DNA of 60,777 nucleotides, filler included, from Stramenopiles sp. TOSAG23-2 (Eukaryota), in NCBI GenBank assembly GCA_900128395.1. It is 4 parts of 4 records of this genome, joined end to end, with 100 filler letters (N's around TTAATTAATTAA, not from the genome) between each part and the next. Parts side by side here need not be neighbours in the genome. Positions count along the whole stretch, not along the records: positions 1 to 15,138 come from LT649725.1; 3 more parts are not named here. The stretch is one strand, 5' to 3'. The position numbers were made by a program, and so were the translations under genes. The notes beneath the pieces are model-generated. The model did no database searches. It saw only the letters and a list, made by a program, of their open reading frames with translations, and had not been told where the DNA came from. Below, one piece after another: positions 1 to 10,957 of this stretch. Position 1 is the stretch's first letter. The number at the start of each line of letters is the position of its first letter.

Positions 1-377
1 CGTGAATCACTTCATACTTATGGCTATACTAAATACCTGTAATATATCTATCAAACATTTACAATGGTATGTCTATCTTGTATGCTATATCCATTGTATA
101 TATAGCAGCTGAATACGATGGACCAGGTTTTTGCACCCCTATAGGATGGCAAGGAATTTTTGAGGTCTATATCTTGGTATATCTTCTATCCTTAAAAAAG
201 ATGATAGACCGATGATAAATAGTTATAGTAGACCGACATAAAAAAGATACTATACAGTACCGACATAAAAAAGATATACTGTAAGTCATAATGTAAAATG
301 TACTCTCACTCGAGAGCGGCGAGCAAGCTCGACTATATACTTAATGTAGGAAATTCAAGAGTGGGGACATTCGTTAT

Positions 378-1283
378 ATGCAAAAGATGGTAAAAGCAAT
401 TAAAATTATCGTTTTAACGTTGCTCTTGTTGGCTATTTTCACCCGTGTGAATGGTGCAACGCCACCAAAGCTTTGGCTGTGGTTTAGTGGCCATGCTTCC
501 GAAGCCCTTTCAGAAATAAATGAACATAAAAATGTTATTGATCAAATTTCTTTTGGTGGATATTCTGTCACCGCAAATGGTACATTCGCTGGTGGTGCAA
601 ATGTCACATTAATTAAACAATTAAAGAGTTTTGGGATAGAATCATGGCCATTAATTGGATGTGGATCGACTGAAACATTGAGGGCTTTAATGTCTAATCC
701 TGACAATTTTATCAGTTCGGCTGTTCAAGAAATTGAAAACAAAGATTTTCAAGGTTATAATATCGACTTTGAACCCTATGATGGCAAAAGTACAAACCAG
801 GATGGTATTAATTACGGAATATTTTTAAATAAGTTTGCAAATGCACTTCACAAAGTTAATAAGAAATTATCAGTAGATTACTTCTCGAATTTACCGATAT
901 GGAATTTAGGAGCTATGAATTCAAGTTCGACTGATTATTTTATTTCTATGGATACTTATGTACAAGAAAATTCAACATTTGAAGCATATCTAAATATTGC
1001 ACAATCAAAATTCAATGGCAAAAGAATTGGAGTTGGTATGTGTGCTGGAACAAGACCTCCACCATATACTCCATATGGCCCCGATCCATGCCCTATAAAT
1101 GCTTGGACAGAGGAGCAACTTGAAGAAAGATTTCAGTACTTAGATAATTTAATAATGAGTAGTAAAAAGACTGGAAGCGATGAAATGCCATTTAGTCAAA
1201 TAAATATTTGGGTCCTCCCTGTTGGTGATTCTTGGTGGAAAAAGATTGAAATCTATTTCAATCGTTGGGGGAATAAATTGTAA
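378..1283 (+). CDS. Secreted GH18 (chitinase-like) glycoside hydrolase
   Basis: Signal peptide; FQGYNIDFEP resembles the GH18 DxxDxDxE motif; downstream SMDTY strand. Confidence 0.75.
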   Translation: MQKMVKAIKIIVLTLLLLAIFTRVNGATPPKLWLWFSGHASEALSEINEHKNVIDQISFGGYSVTANGTFAGGANVTLIKQLKSFGIESWPLIGCGSTETLRALMSNPDNFISSAVQEIENKDFQGYNIDFEPYDGKSTNQDGINYGIFLNKFANALHKVNKKLSVDYFSNLPIWNLGAMNSSSTDYFISMDTYVQENSTFEAYLNIAQSKFNGKRIGVGMCAGTRPPPYTPYGPDPCPINAWTEEQLEERFQYLDNLIMSSKKTGSDEMPFSQINIWVLPVGDSWWKKIEIYFNRWGNKL

Positions 1284-1396
1284 AAAAATAGTTTTTTACA
1301 TGCGTGTGTGTGCGATTAAAAATAAAAAAATATGTGCGGCGTGTGTGCGTTTGTATCAAAAATCATATATTAAATGTATATGATGTACAAAATCTT

Positions 1397-3295
1397 TTAA
1401 TGTCCTGCACCTTGATAATTAGGACAATGTAATGGATGGGGCCACCCTCTTTCAATTTGTACAAATGTGTCTCTAATTTTAGTATCTTCTTCTTCCATTT
1501 TCTTCTTATTACTTTTTAACTCTTTTTCATAGTCATCAATTTCTATGTCTATCGCATTCATAGCATATTCAGACCCATCTATGTTTAAATCAAATTTATT
1601 TCCGAAAAAAGCCATTGGATAACTAACTTTAGCTTCATTCTTAATTTCATCAATGCCTAAAATACATGGATGTGAACCGCCACTATAATACGACCGGCCC
1701 TTTTCCTTAATAATTTCTTTTTTTAATGAACATGTAGGACTAGCATAAAGATTACTACGACCCCATGCAGTAAATCTGAAATTCGTATTTACATGTGTAC
1801 ATCTAAATGTATCTGAACTTGACAAAGCAGTTGGAAAAAACAATTCATCTGGAATTTTAACACCTGGCATGTAGGATAACAATTTAATCATTTTTGTGTT
1901 TGAAAAAAGATATTCACAGAATTCTTTCGTTAGCGCTACGTAAAAACTCCCTAATGCCATGTATTCATCTGCAACCGGGTGCTTCTTTTTGCGATCAATT
2001 CCATCAATCGCCTTTAATGTATCCGGATTGTGCATCAAATCAATGCGATTTTTCTTATATTGTGGCGCCAACTCATATGGACACCAAATATCAACAAAAT
2101 TATTTCCATATGAATGCCATAATACTTTTTCCATTTGTCGCAATGATATTAATGGATATTCAGTTGCAGATAAATTAATGAAATAATCCCATTCTATTTT
2201 GAAATTAACAAAAGTACGTATTGCAGCAATATCAAGAAATAATAAATTAAATCCCATGTAATCAACATCACGAGGCCTTAAAAGATATACATTTTTACTT
2301 TTTTTTACATTATCATCTTCATCATCGGCGTCATTATCGATCCTATCAGCAATTCCAAATTCATTATGGAGTGAATTAAATAACTCTTCCCGATCTTCCT
2401 CCTTTGCATTTTTATCATAATGTACTAAATATAGATGATGCTTACTATATATTCGTCGTATCAATCTCATTGTTTGGTCTACATTATCATGTCCCCGAAT
2501 AAAAAATGCAATTTTAATTTCTTTTTTCTTTTTTCTTTTTTTAATTTGTTTTAAAAAACGTGAAAAGCATTTATCATTTTTCCCACCAGTAACTTTGTTT
2601 GGCTGTATCACTGATGTACCATGGTCTGTTAATTCATACAAATTGTTGATCATGTCTGAACGTACCTTGATACGATAACGAAATGCAGCCTCAGTGCAAT
2701 GAATGAAAGATAATTTAATCTTTGAGGATATATGTACTATACTCCAACTATCATCTTGGATTATCATACATTTCGATTTTTTATTTTTATTATTTGTTAC
2801 CTTCAACGATATTAAATCATATACATCATCTTGATTAGTATTATATACAAATTTCCAAGTTAATTTAGATTTAATATCTTTACATTTATAAAAAAAACCA
2901 TGGTCATTCAAACAATCTCCAATTTGACCATACGAACGTGGGATAAGCTGCCCTTCGTACAAACTCCAAAGTTGGGAGTGGTCAAATATATCACAAGCTT
3001 TTAAAGTTAACATTTTTTGATTTAGAACATAACCAGCAACGCACTTCTTAGTTGATTCATCAATAATTTGGAAAAAAAGTGGGCGTTTTGGTAAAGTTAA
3101 TGGTTTTTTCAAAAATGATGGTGTTAGATAATTAAAAACATTTTCCTCTCCCGACTCAGCGGTTGGCTTATTATTACCATTTATTATTCGATACATTGAC
3201 CTAGGCAAATAAACAAATATATATAAACAAGTAAATGTAAAAACACTCAAAATGATCCATTTCAAAAATTTTATTGGTGGCTTTTTTCTCATCAT
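1397..3295 (-). CDS. GT14 (core-2/I-branching/xylosyltransferase-like) type II membrane glycosyltransferase with ricin-B-like region
   Basis: N-terminal TM; IAFFIRGH, YLVHYD, WDYFINLSATEYPL, PDELFFPT and FGNKFD motifs; Cys/QLW-type segment in the stem. Confidence 0.85.
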   Translation of the reverse strand: MMRKKPPIKFLKWIILSVFTFTCLYIFVYLPRSMYRIINGNNKPTAESGEENVFNYLTPSFLKKPLTLPKRPLFFQIIDESTKKCVAGYVLNQKMLTLKACDIFDHSQLWSLYEGQLIPRSYGQIGDCLNDHGFFYKCKDIKSKLTWKFVYNTNQDDVYDLISLKVTNNKNKKSKCMIIQDDSWSIVHISSKIKLSFIHCTEAAFRYRIKVRSDMINNLYELTDHGTSVIQPNKVTGGKNDKCFSRFLKQIKKRKKKKEIKIAFFIRGHDNVDQTMRLIRRIYSKHHLYLVHYDKNAKEEDREELFNSLHNEFGIADRIDNDADDEDDNVKKSKNVYLLRPRDVDYMGFNLLFLDIAAIRTFVNFKIEWDYFINLSATEYPLISLRQMEKVLWHSYGNNFVDIWCPYELAPQYKKNRIDLMHNPDTLKAIDGIDRKKKHPVADEYMALGSFYVALTKEFCEYLFSNTKMIKLLSYMPGVKIPDELFFPTALSSSDTFRCTHVNTNFRFTAWGRSNLYASPTCSLKKEIIKEKGRSYYSGGSHPCILGIDEIKNEAKVSYPMAFFGNKFDLNIDGSEYAMNAIDIEIDDYEKELKSNKKKMEEEDTKIRDTFVQIERGWPHPLHCPNYQGAGH

Positions 3296-3780
3296 CTTCT
3301 TTTAGCAAAAGTTTGTAAACGATCAATTGGAACTAACTGCGAATATGTATACAGAGAGATAGTGACACGTGGCATATATACAGAAGAAAAATCTCTTCGT
3401 ATGTGTGTGTGTGTGTTATGTTGTATAATCTAATTTATTTTTCATTGTTTTGAATTAATTATTATTTTATTTTAACTGAAGAAATTGTTGTTATAATATT
3501 TTTGCGGTTGCATTAGTATAGTAATAATATAAATAGTCTAACAAGTATAACATGTTAATCGTTCCCTCATATACTGTAATCGTATGGTTTCTACAAAATA
3601 CCTGGTATAGTGACCATTTGCATATACAGAATACAATATACATCATACATCCTGCACATCTCCTTCAAATATTTATTATATCTCACATATATTAGTACCA
3701 GGTATGTATCCCACAGTAGGATACACAGGAACTCTCCAACAGAATCACTCTTCTCTCTTTTTCTATCTCTCTTTTTTTTT

Positions 3781-5445
3781 TTACTTATCTTCCTCAATTT
3801 GAGATGGAATTTTTTTAACATAACCATCCGTCCTCAAATGATCAGGAACTTCAGATTTTATTTGATTCCTTAATAAATTGCCATTTTTATTTAACAATGA
3901 AACAGAATCGATTCTTTGTAATCTCGATTGCATTTGAGATTTCGATCGTAATGGACCTCCTTCTCCTCTTGCGCTATTGTTACCTCTCGCACTATTCCTA
4001 CCAGACAATCTACCAGACAATCTACCAGACAATCTACCAGACAATCTACCAGACATTTGGGATCTTGCTGAATTGGAATGCATAGTTGATCTTCTTCCTG
4101 ATGATCTTCCTGAATTCCTGCCACTATTTGGTGTTGTTACGGAACGATTAGAATTGATTACATATTTATGACCTTCGCTATCGTTCTTACTGGCATTTGA
4201 ACGATGACTACGGTTGCTACGACGACTGGACAAACGATTTGATTGATTACTACTGTTATTACTACGATATGAATTTGAATTTCTATGACTACGACTATTG
4301 TTGTTGTTGTTGTTGTTGTTATTCAAGTTGTTTAAATTTAACTTCACGTTTTTTTCCAATCTTTTTCTATCTAAAGGACTTGATTTCCGTGTTTGACGTC
4401 CTCGAGTTAACGCTTGGATTTTCTTTGCTGAATTGCTCCTTTTCAAAGCTTTTTGTGCTTTTTTCTTTACCTTCTTTCTCGCTTGTCTGCCTCTTTCAGC
4501 TCTTTGAATTGTTAAGGCACTATTCGACCGTTCAAGATATTCATTTGCTTCTTTTTCTTTCTTCAGTTTACGTTTATATTTAGCTTTTAATTTCTCTTTT
4601 TGTAATCTTTTTTTACTTTTACGTTTTGGTGTTCTAGAAATATCTCGGCCGTCTTCAAATAATATATTATGATACCGTAATGCATCTATAATTTCATCAA
4701 TTTGCAAAAAGTTTACACGTCGATTCAAAATATATTCCGCCCTTCTACGTTTTTTTGTCATGTCTTTCCAAAAGTCAACAGACAAGATTTCAATTTGTAA
4801 TCTAATTTGTATTACATACGCCATTTTTAATATCATGGGATTTCGATTTGAAAACCTGATAAATTCGTTCACATCCATGACACCATCATCTCCCACTGCT
4901 GATCTTATAACGTTTTTAGCCTTTTTCATCATATACTCTGGTGAATTCTTTTTTAAATCAATGCCATAATCTGCCATAGATGCATGGTCTCCACCAATAT
5001 CATATATTTCTCCAATTAAATCCATCATTTTTTCTTGTGGTATTCGACCATCGCCGGCTTCATCATACAATCGAAATGCAAATGCTGCTAACCCTCTCTT
5101 ATCATACGTACAATAATTCCAGGAACATAGAATAAATGATGGAAAATCAAGTACACCAGAAATACCTTGATCTAGTACGAGAAAGGAACGATGTGCAAAT
5201 TTCGTTTCTTCTAAATCAAAATAATCACAAAATTCGTCAAATGATATTAAACCATCATGTGAACTATCCAATTTTAAAAATACATCATACATTTGTCCTC
5301 TTGATTCGATTGGAAACCCTAAAGCTTCAAATAATGCATCGACACGGGTAAGAACTTGATTTCTTTGTTCATAATAATTTGCTTCCAAATCACTATAACA
5401 ACAACTGAAATTCAATTTAAATATTTTTCCTTTTGATGATGACAT
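3781..5445 (-). CDS. EF-hand calcium-binding protein with IQ motifs and Ser/Arg-rich tail
   Basis: DSSHDGLISFDEF, DEAGDGRI and DDGVMDVNEF EF-hand loops; IQRAERGRQAR and IQALTRGRQTR IQ motifs. Confidence 0.8.
   Translation of the reverse strand: MSSSKGKIFKLNFSCCYSDLEANYYEQRNQVLTRVDALFEALGFPIESRGQMYDVFLKLDSSHDGLISFDEFCDYFDLEETKFAHRSFLVLDQGISGVLDFPSFILCSWNYCTYDKRGLAAFAFRLYDEAGDGRIPQEKMMDLIGEIYDIGGDHASMADYGIDLKKNSPEYMMKKAKNVIRSAVGDDGVMDVNEFIRFSNRNPMILKMAYVIQIRLQIEILSVDFWKDMTKKRRRAEYILNRRVNFLQIDEIIDALRYHNILFEDGRDISRTPKRKSKKRLQKEKLKAKYKRKLKKEKEANEYLERSNSALTIQRAERGRQARKKVKKKAQKALKRSNSAKKIQALTRGRQTRKSSPLDRKRLEKNVKLNLNNLNNNNNNNNNSRSHRNSNSYRSNNSSNQSNRLSSRRSNRSHRSNASKNDSEGHKYVINSNRSVTTPNSGRNSGRSSGRRSTMHSNSARSQMSGRLSGRLSGRLSGRLSGRNSARGNNSARGEGGPLRSKSQMQSRLQRIDSVSLLNKNGNLLRNQIKSEVPDHLRTDGYVKKIPSQIEEDK
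4000..4052 (-). repeat. 12-nt coding tandem repeat (SGRL x4)
   Basis: accagacaatct repeated about 4 times on the + strand. Confidence 0.85.
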
Positions 5446-5775
5446 GATGCTTCTTCTTCATGTACTATGATACCACCACTCTAGCTTTCATTCACAAAGG
5501 TAAAATATATACTAAATTGTTTAGTTGACAGACGACACATGATTGCTTTAATGATGCAACACACATGATGCAACACATGTTTAGGGTCTCTTTTTTCAGT
5601 GTGTTTTTCATAATTAGTGCATTTAGTGCTATTGCAATAATATGATGGAAAAAAAAGCAAAAAAAAAAAATAATAATTATATATCAGAATAACCGTATTA
5701 ATTTTACAATTAGTAATAGCAGAATCATAGCATTAATCGCCATATAGAAAGGTAGCCGATGAATGTAAAGCGGAA

Positions 5776-6387
5776 GTGTTACGTGTAAAAACACATCCTG
5801 CGACCAAAGCAACTGAATTGTATCGAGAATCTATATTATTATTGAATGAATGTTTTAATCCTGTTGCAAATGATGATGATAATACTAATAACACGAGTTC
5901 AAGTATAGATATTGAAGTAGTAGCATCTGATTTAGTAGATAAATTTAAAGAAATTGCGAAAAATGCACAGGTTGGTGCTGATGATTTGCGCAGAACGTTA
6001 GGAAATTCTTATGTTGGATTAGCAAAAGTTGGCAGTTTAAAACATGCATGGACATTAGCTATACGTAATGGTGAAAGAGCATTGATTGTATGGAGGGATA
6101 TTGAAGATAAAGATGAAGAATTTGAAATGTTACAATTATTATCTGGTATTTATGTACATGCGTATGTAGACAATGGTAATATGAAATTATTAGATCGTTC
6201 TTTAGATAAATTAAAATTTTGTGTAAGTGCAGCAAAATTTGGTAAACAAGAATGGCAAGATATGCTGCCAGAATTTGAAAAAATGAGTGATAATGTCAAC
6301 GAAGTAAAAGCAAATGGAAAAACTGTAACATATAATAAACGAAGTAAAGGCAATTTTCATGATTTATTGTTTGAGTTGGTTATGTGA
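5776..6387 (+). CDS. Hypothetical helical (TPR-like) protein; 5' end uncertain, possibly an upstream exon
   Basis: 203-aa ORF with a non-ATG start; frame open back to about 5749, just after a possible tag acceptor. Confidence 0.55.
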   Translation: MLRVKTHPATKATELYRESILLLNECFNPVANDDDNTNNTSSSIDIEVVASDLVDKFKEIAKNAQVGADDLRRTLGNSYVGLAKVGSLKHAWTLAIRNGERALIVWRDIEDKDEEFEMLQLLSGIYVHAYVDNGNMKLLDRSLDKLKFCVSAAKFGKQEWQDMLPEFEKMSDNVNEVKANGKTVTYNKRSKGNFHDLLFELVM

Positions 6388-6487
6388 GAGAGAAGGGGGG
6401 GGGGTAGAGACGAGAGTGTGTACACAGAACAGTTACGAACTATATAATATGGTCATAAAATAAAAAAAGAATTATCATGGAGGAATG

Positions 6488-6635
6488 TTCTTCTCATTTT
6501 TATATATATTTGTGTATATTTTAATTTTTTACCTTATATATATATATATATATATATAAAGCGTTTCTTTTGTAATTGATTGATATTTTTCTTCTCATTT
6601 TTATATATATTTGTGTATATTTTAATTTTTTACCT
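6488..6635. repeat. 47-bp direct repeat (6488-6534, 6589-6635) between convergent 3' ends
   Basis: The 47-nt segment starting ttcttctcatttttatatatatttgtgtata and ending tacct occurs twice around an (AT)n tract. Confidence 0.85.
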
Positions 6636-8034
6636 AACGTCTAAAGAAAGCTTCTTGTGGGCAACCTGCACAATGGAACCATTCAACATTTTCAGTACAT
6701 GTTAAATCCCATCCTTTAGTGCAACAAGCTTCATCTTTTTTACCGAATTTACTTGCTTTGCCTCCTGCTAACATAGCTTTACATACACAATCTTGGATTG
6801 CTTTGTCGTAACATCCAGTGCTTTGATGTGGTACACAACATGAAGACACACCGTTTCCTGGACTTTCTCTGTTGATTTCAGATACGGAGCTAGCCATACC
6901 GATGGACATAGGCCCAGCACCTTGTGCGCGTACTAGTTTTTCAAAGAATGTACGCATATGTTTACAGAATTTATTTGCAGTTTCACTAGGTTTACCGAAA
7001 CGATCTTGTAATTTAATCTCTTCAACACGAAAATATGCGTCTTTGCAAGTTTCAGTGATAACTTTATCATCGATACCCAATTGTTTTTTCTTTAATACGA
7101 ATTGAGCTTTACAGAACTCTCTCATGTTCGTTGGCAAATCAGAACCATCTCCACCTGATGCTTTTAGTTGAACAATTTTTTGCAAAACTTTGTCTTGGCA
7201 ACCACCGCCGGTACTTGTTTGTCCAAATAAAAATTTTGGTGGGGATGCAAGACTCGCACTAGTTAAAGTACTAAATGCAACGGAATTACTTTGTGTTAGT
7301 AAACTAACTAAGTCACTGGTACGTGATTGCAATGTTTGTTTAACTTTGCTACCCATGGAGGAACTAATCTCAGTAACAACGAAATCGACCATAAGACCAC
7401 CGGCATTGTCTTGCAACAAACGACGACGGGATGCTGCTGCTTCTGGAGCAGGTGCTCCATTTTTTTGTACCACATCAGTAATAGTGACTTTGTTGGCTGG
7501 AACTTCTAATAAATTTGCCAATGTGTTTTTGAACAACTTTCTTGCTTGGTCATTGAAATTCTCTTTTAATACACCACCCAACATGATTTGTCCATTCAAT
7601 ATTTTGTCCATGCTTTCTTGTGGCTCTTCATCGTTTCCAGTCATACCAGTCATTGCTGTTGCACCAGTCATACCAGTTGCACCAGTAGATCCAGTTCCAC
7701 CTGTATTTCCAGTTCCACCAGTATTACCAGATGCGCCCGTGGTAGATTTCTCAGCTTCTGAGGTTGGTGCAGCTGATGATCCTTGTGCAGCACCTGCTTG
7801 ACCTTCATTACCAGTGCCGCTTAATTCGATGAACATGGATTCTGGTAACATGGAGACAAATGATTCATCAGATTCACCATCATCACCTTTTGCCATAGGT
7901 TGTGTTTCATATGCATGAAAAGCAAAACGTGGGGAACGTTCAATTTCAGCATCGAAACTTTTAATAGTTGCACGCATATTTGCTGCATTCACAACACATA
8001 ATGTTGCGATTAAAAATACTATTACTGCACGCAT
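6634..8034 (-). CDS. Secreted protein with GxT repeats, SEA-like domain containing RRRLL, and Cys-rich C-terminus
   Basis: Likely start MRAVIVFLIA (ATG 8034) with signal peptide; TGxTG repeats; SRRRLLQ; many C-terminal Cys. Confidence 0.75.
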   Translation of the reverse strand: MRAVIVFLIATLCVVNAANMRATIKSFDAEIERSPRFAFHAYETQPMAKGDDGESDESFVSMLPESMFIELSGTGNEGQAGAAQGSSAAPTSEAEKSTTGASGNTGGTGNTGGTGSTGATGMTGATAMTGMTGNDEEPQESMDKILNGQIMLGGVLKENFNDQARKLFKNTLANLLEVPANKVTITDVVQKNGAPAPEAAASRRRLLQDNAGGLMVDFVVTEISSSMGSKVKQTLQSRTSDLVSLLTQSNSVAFSTLTSASLASPPKFLFGQTSTGGGCQDKVLQKIVQLKASGGDGSDLPTNMREFCKAQFVLKKKQLGIDDKVITETCKDAYFRVEEIKLQDRFGKPSETANKFCKHMRTFFEKLVRAQGAGPMSIGMASSVSEINRESPGNGVSSCCVPHQSTGCYDKAIQDCVCKAMLAGGKASKFGKKDEACCTKGWDLTCTENVEWFHCAGCPQEAFFRR

Positions 8035-8961
8035 GATTATTGTTTTATTCTTGTATATTAATCTCGTATTATTATTATTCTTTACAAACACAAACACACA
8101 ATATAATTGTATATATATTATCGTCTTTTTTACATTATCAACACCTACCAGTAGTGTTAATATATTTTAATATACATCGTTTTAAATCGACCGGCCCCTT
8201 CTTTTTTTATGATTTTGGATGAGGAAATTCACCTCACAAAATTATTAAGTACATTTTTATATAGGAGATTACATTTGGCTAAAATACACTTCAATAAATT
8301 ATAACGATACACTATTGGAAAAGGTGTATGATGATTTATTCTATTGCAAACATGTGGTATATAGATCTTTATTCTTACAGTATGCCTGTTGCATGATGCA
8401 CATCTTATATTTCCATATTTCCTCGTAGGTCCGGAACACCCTAGTCTACTGTATGTAGTCTAACACCTAACACCCTCACGGAGCCAGGTGAATACCATTA
8501 GAGGTAATCTAACAAGTATCTAGATTTACTGTATCCATACATATCCAATTCCAGCCTCAGAATTGCCACAGATTGCAATTGCCAGATTGCCAGAAAAAAC
8601 CAAAATGTTAAATATGAACTTCTATTTTTATTGAAGTAGCACCGGTATTATGGATTAGAATATCAAGCTGGCAAATTATATACCAGGTCGGTAACACTAC
8701 TATAAAACACTGTCACATCATAAGTTTTTTAAGTTCGACAGAAAAGATGTACAAAATGCAATAAATATATTCTTTCCTCCTCCTCCTCCTCTACTCAACA
8801 ACAAAAAGAAACAAATATCAATCAATTACAAAAGAAACGCTTTATATATATATATATATATATATAAGAACAGCAATAAACCACATCTTTTTTAGTAGTA
8901 AGAATCATACTACTACGTATATTATAATAGAACACTTCAAAAACTAATATCAACAAACAAA

Positions 8962-10536
8962 ATGTCAAGATCAGCAAAACGACAAAAAACAAATAATGGA
9001 TCGTCATCATCAACAACAAAAGAAGCTTTTACTACTGAAAGTTTAATATCCAATTTTCAAGCTGATGAAGAATTAGCAGAAACATTTATACCAATTATTG
9101 GTAAGTTATACCGTAAATGCAACGTAGTCACAACATTATTTGGTGCAAGTTTAAACAATGCATCCACTACTGATATTTTACGTAAACATCAAACACAAAC
9201 GGACCATCGTGGGCGTAATGTAACAGTGCAAGAAACGCATAAAGTTTTAATTGCAATAGCACGTATCAATGGGTTGAAAAATTTACGTTGTGATTTGGGA
9301 CAATTGCTACGTGTATGTGAAAAAACGGTCGAATCGACTGCACTTGATTTTAATGGTGCCGTGGAAGATGAAGTTGCAAAATCATCACGTTCTGTTCCAA
9401 ATCTAGAAAATCAAATGAATGTTGCAAAAGACATTGTATTATATGGTTTTGGACGTATTGGACGTTTATTGGCACGTGAGTTAATTAGAAAAACGGGAAG
9501 TGGTGGTAAAATGAGATTGCGTGGTATTGTCGTTCGACCACCAAAAAATGGACCGGATCTTGAAAAAAGATCACAATTGTTGTTACGTGATTCCGTACAT
9601 GGTCAATTCAATTGTAAATGTGAATTAGATCATGAAAAAAATGCAATGATTATCAATGGTAATTATATTCAATTGATTTATGGAAAATCACCTGATACAA
9701 TTGATTATACGAAATATGGTATTAATAATGCATTGGTCGTTGATAATACTGGTATATGGAGAGATCGCAAAGGTTTAGGGTTGCATTTAAAATCAAAAGG
9801 TGCTAGTAATGTTTTATTAACAGCACCTGCGAAAGACGATATACCAAATATTGTATATGGCATCAATGAACGTGAATTTTTATCCAATAAAAATGAAACC
9901 ATTTTTAGTGCTGCATCATGTACAACAAATGCAGTTGTCCCAACCATTAAATTAATTGATGATAATTTTGGTGGTATTATTTCTGGCCATTTAGAAACGG
10001 TACATGCATTTACAAATGATCAAAATTTAATTGACAACATGCATAAAAAAAACCGACGTGGTCGCTCCGCTCCGTTAAACTTAGTATTAACGGAAACCGG
10101 TGCTGCGAAAGCTACTATTAAATGTTTACCTCATTTAAAAGGAAAATTAACTGCAAATGCTATTCGAGTACCAACACCAGATGTATCGATGGCAATCATG
10201 GTATTAAATTTAGGCCGTGAAACAACGAAAGAGGAAATTAACAGCTTTTTACGGGAACGTGCGACACGTGGAGATTTGCAACAAGTGTTGGATTTTAGTG
10301 ATAATAAAGAAGCTGTATCTTCCGATTTTGTTGGTAATCGTGCAGGATGTTGTGTAGATGGCTCATCAACATCAGTTATTGGTAGTAAAGTGGTTTTATA
10401 TTGCTGGTATGATAATGAGTTTGGGTATACATGTCAAGTTGTACGGTTAATGCAAGCTTTATTGAATGTATCACATCCATTATGCCCACTTGCAAAAGTG
10501 ACTGCACCACCACCATCTATTGAAGATGATCAATAA
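8962..10536 (+). CDS. gap: Glyceraldehyde-3-phosphate dehydrogenase, long bacterial-type with N-terminal extension
   Basis: GFGRIGR, ASCTTN catalytic Cys, RVPTPDVS, WYDNEFGY; about 150-aa extension containing EELAETFIPIIGKLYR. Confidence 0.92.
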   Translation: MSRSAKRQKTNNGSSSSTTKEAFTTESLISNFQADEELAETFIPIIGKLYRKCNVVTTLFGASLNNASTTDILRKHQTQTDHRGRNVTVQETHKVLIAIARINGLKNLRCDLGQLLRVCEKTVESTALDFNGAVEDEVAKSSRSVPNLENQMNVAKDIVLYGFGRIGRLLARELIRKTGSGGKMRLRGIVVRPPKNGPDLEKRSQLLLRDSVHGQFNCKCELDHEKNAMIINGNYIQLIYGKSPDTIDYTKYGINNALVVDNTGIWRDRKGLGLHLKSKGASNVLLTAPAKDDIPNIVYGINEREFLSNKNETIFSAASCTTNAVVPTIKLIDDNFGGIISGHLETVHAFTNDQNLIDNMHKKNRRGRSAPLNLVLTETGAAKATIKCLPHLKGKLTANAIRVPTPDVSMAIMVLNLGRETTKEEINSFLRERATRGDLQQVLDFSDNKEAVSSDFVGNRAGCCVDGSSTSVIGSKVVLYCWYDNEFGYTCQVVRLMQALLNVSHPLCPLAKVTAPPPSIEDDQ

Positions 10537-10957
10537 GTGAATATAGGAAATGTAGTATGTGTTGCATTTCTTTTTTTCGTGTAGTAGATGTTGTAAAAAT
10601 ATTATCTACAAAAAAGTATATATATATCATATATACAAAAATGAACAAAAAAACACAAACACAGAATTTTATTAAAACGGGATTTTTTTTTTTCAATTAA
10701 ATTTTAATGTGTGTGTGTATAATTTAATATAGTATGTTTGAAGTACGAAGCGTTCGTATTATTAGTACCATCAGGACACTAGATATATTTTATATTTTGT
10801 GGACGCCGTGTGCATATTTACGAGAAAGTAACACACCATATATATACATGTAAGATGCGTAATTTATATACGTAATATATAATATATACGAGTAGATATA
10901 TATTCTCTTTTTTATTTTTTTGTTTTTTATTACCCACGCTCTCTCGCTTTCACTCTC

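Noticed and set aside
232..276. 18-bp direct repeat accgacataaaaaagata x2 upstream of GH18
   Set aside because: Real but only two copies, with no evidence of function
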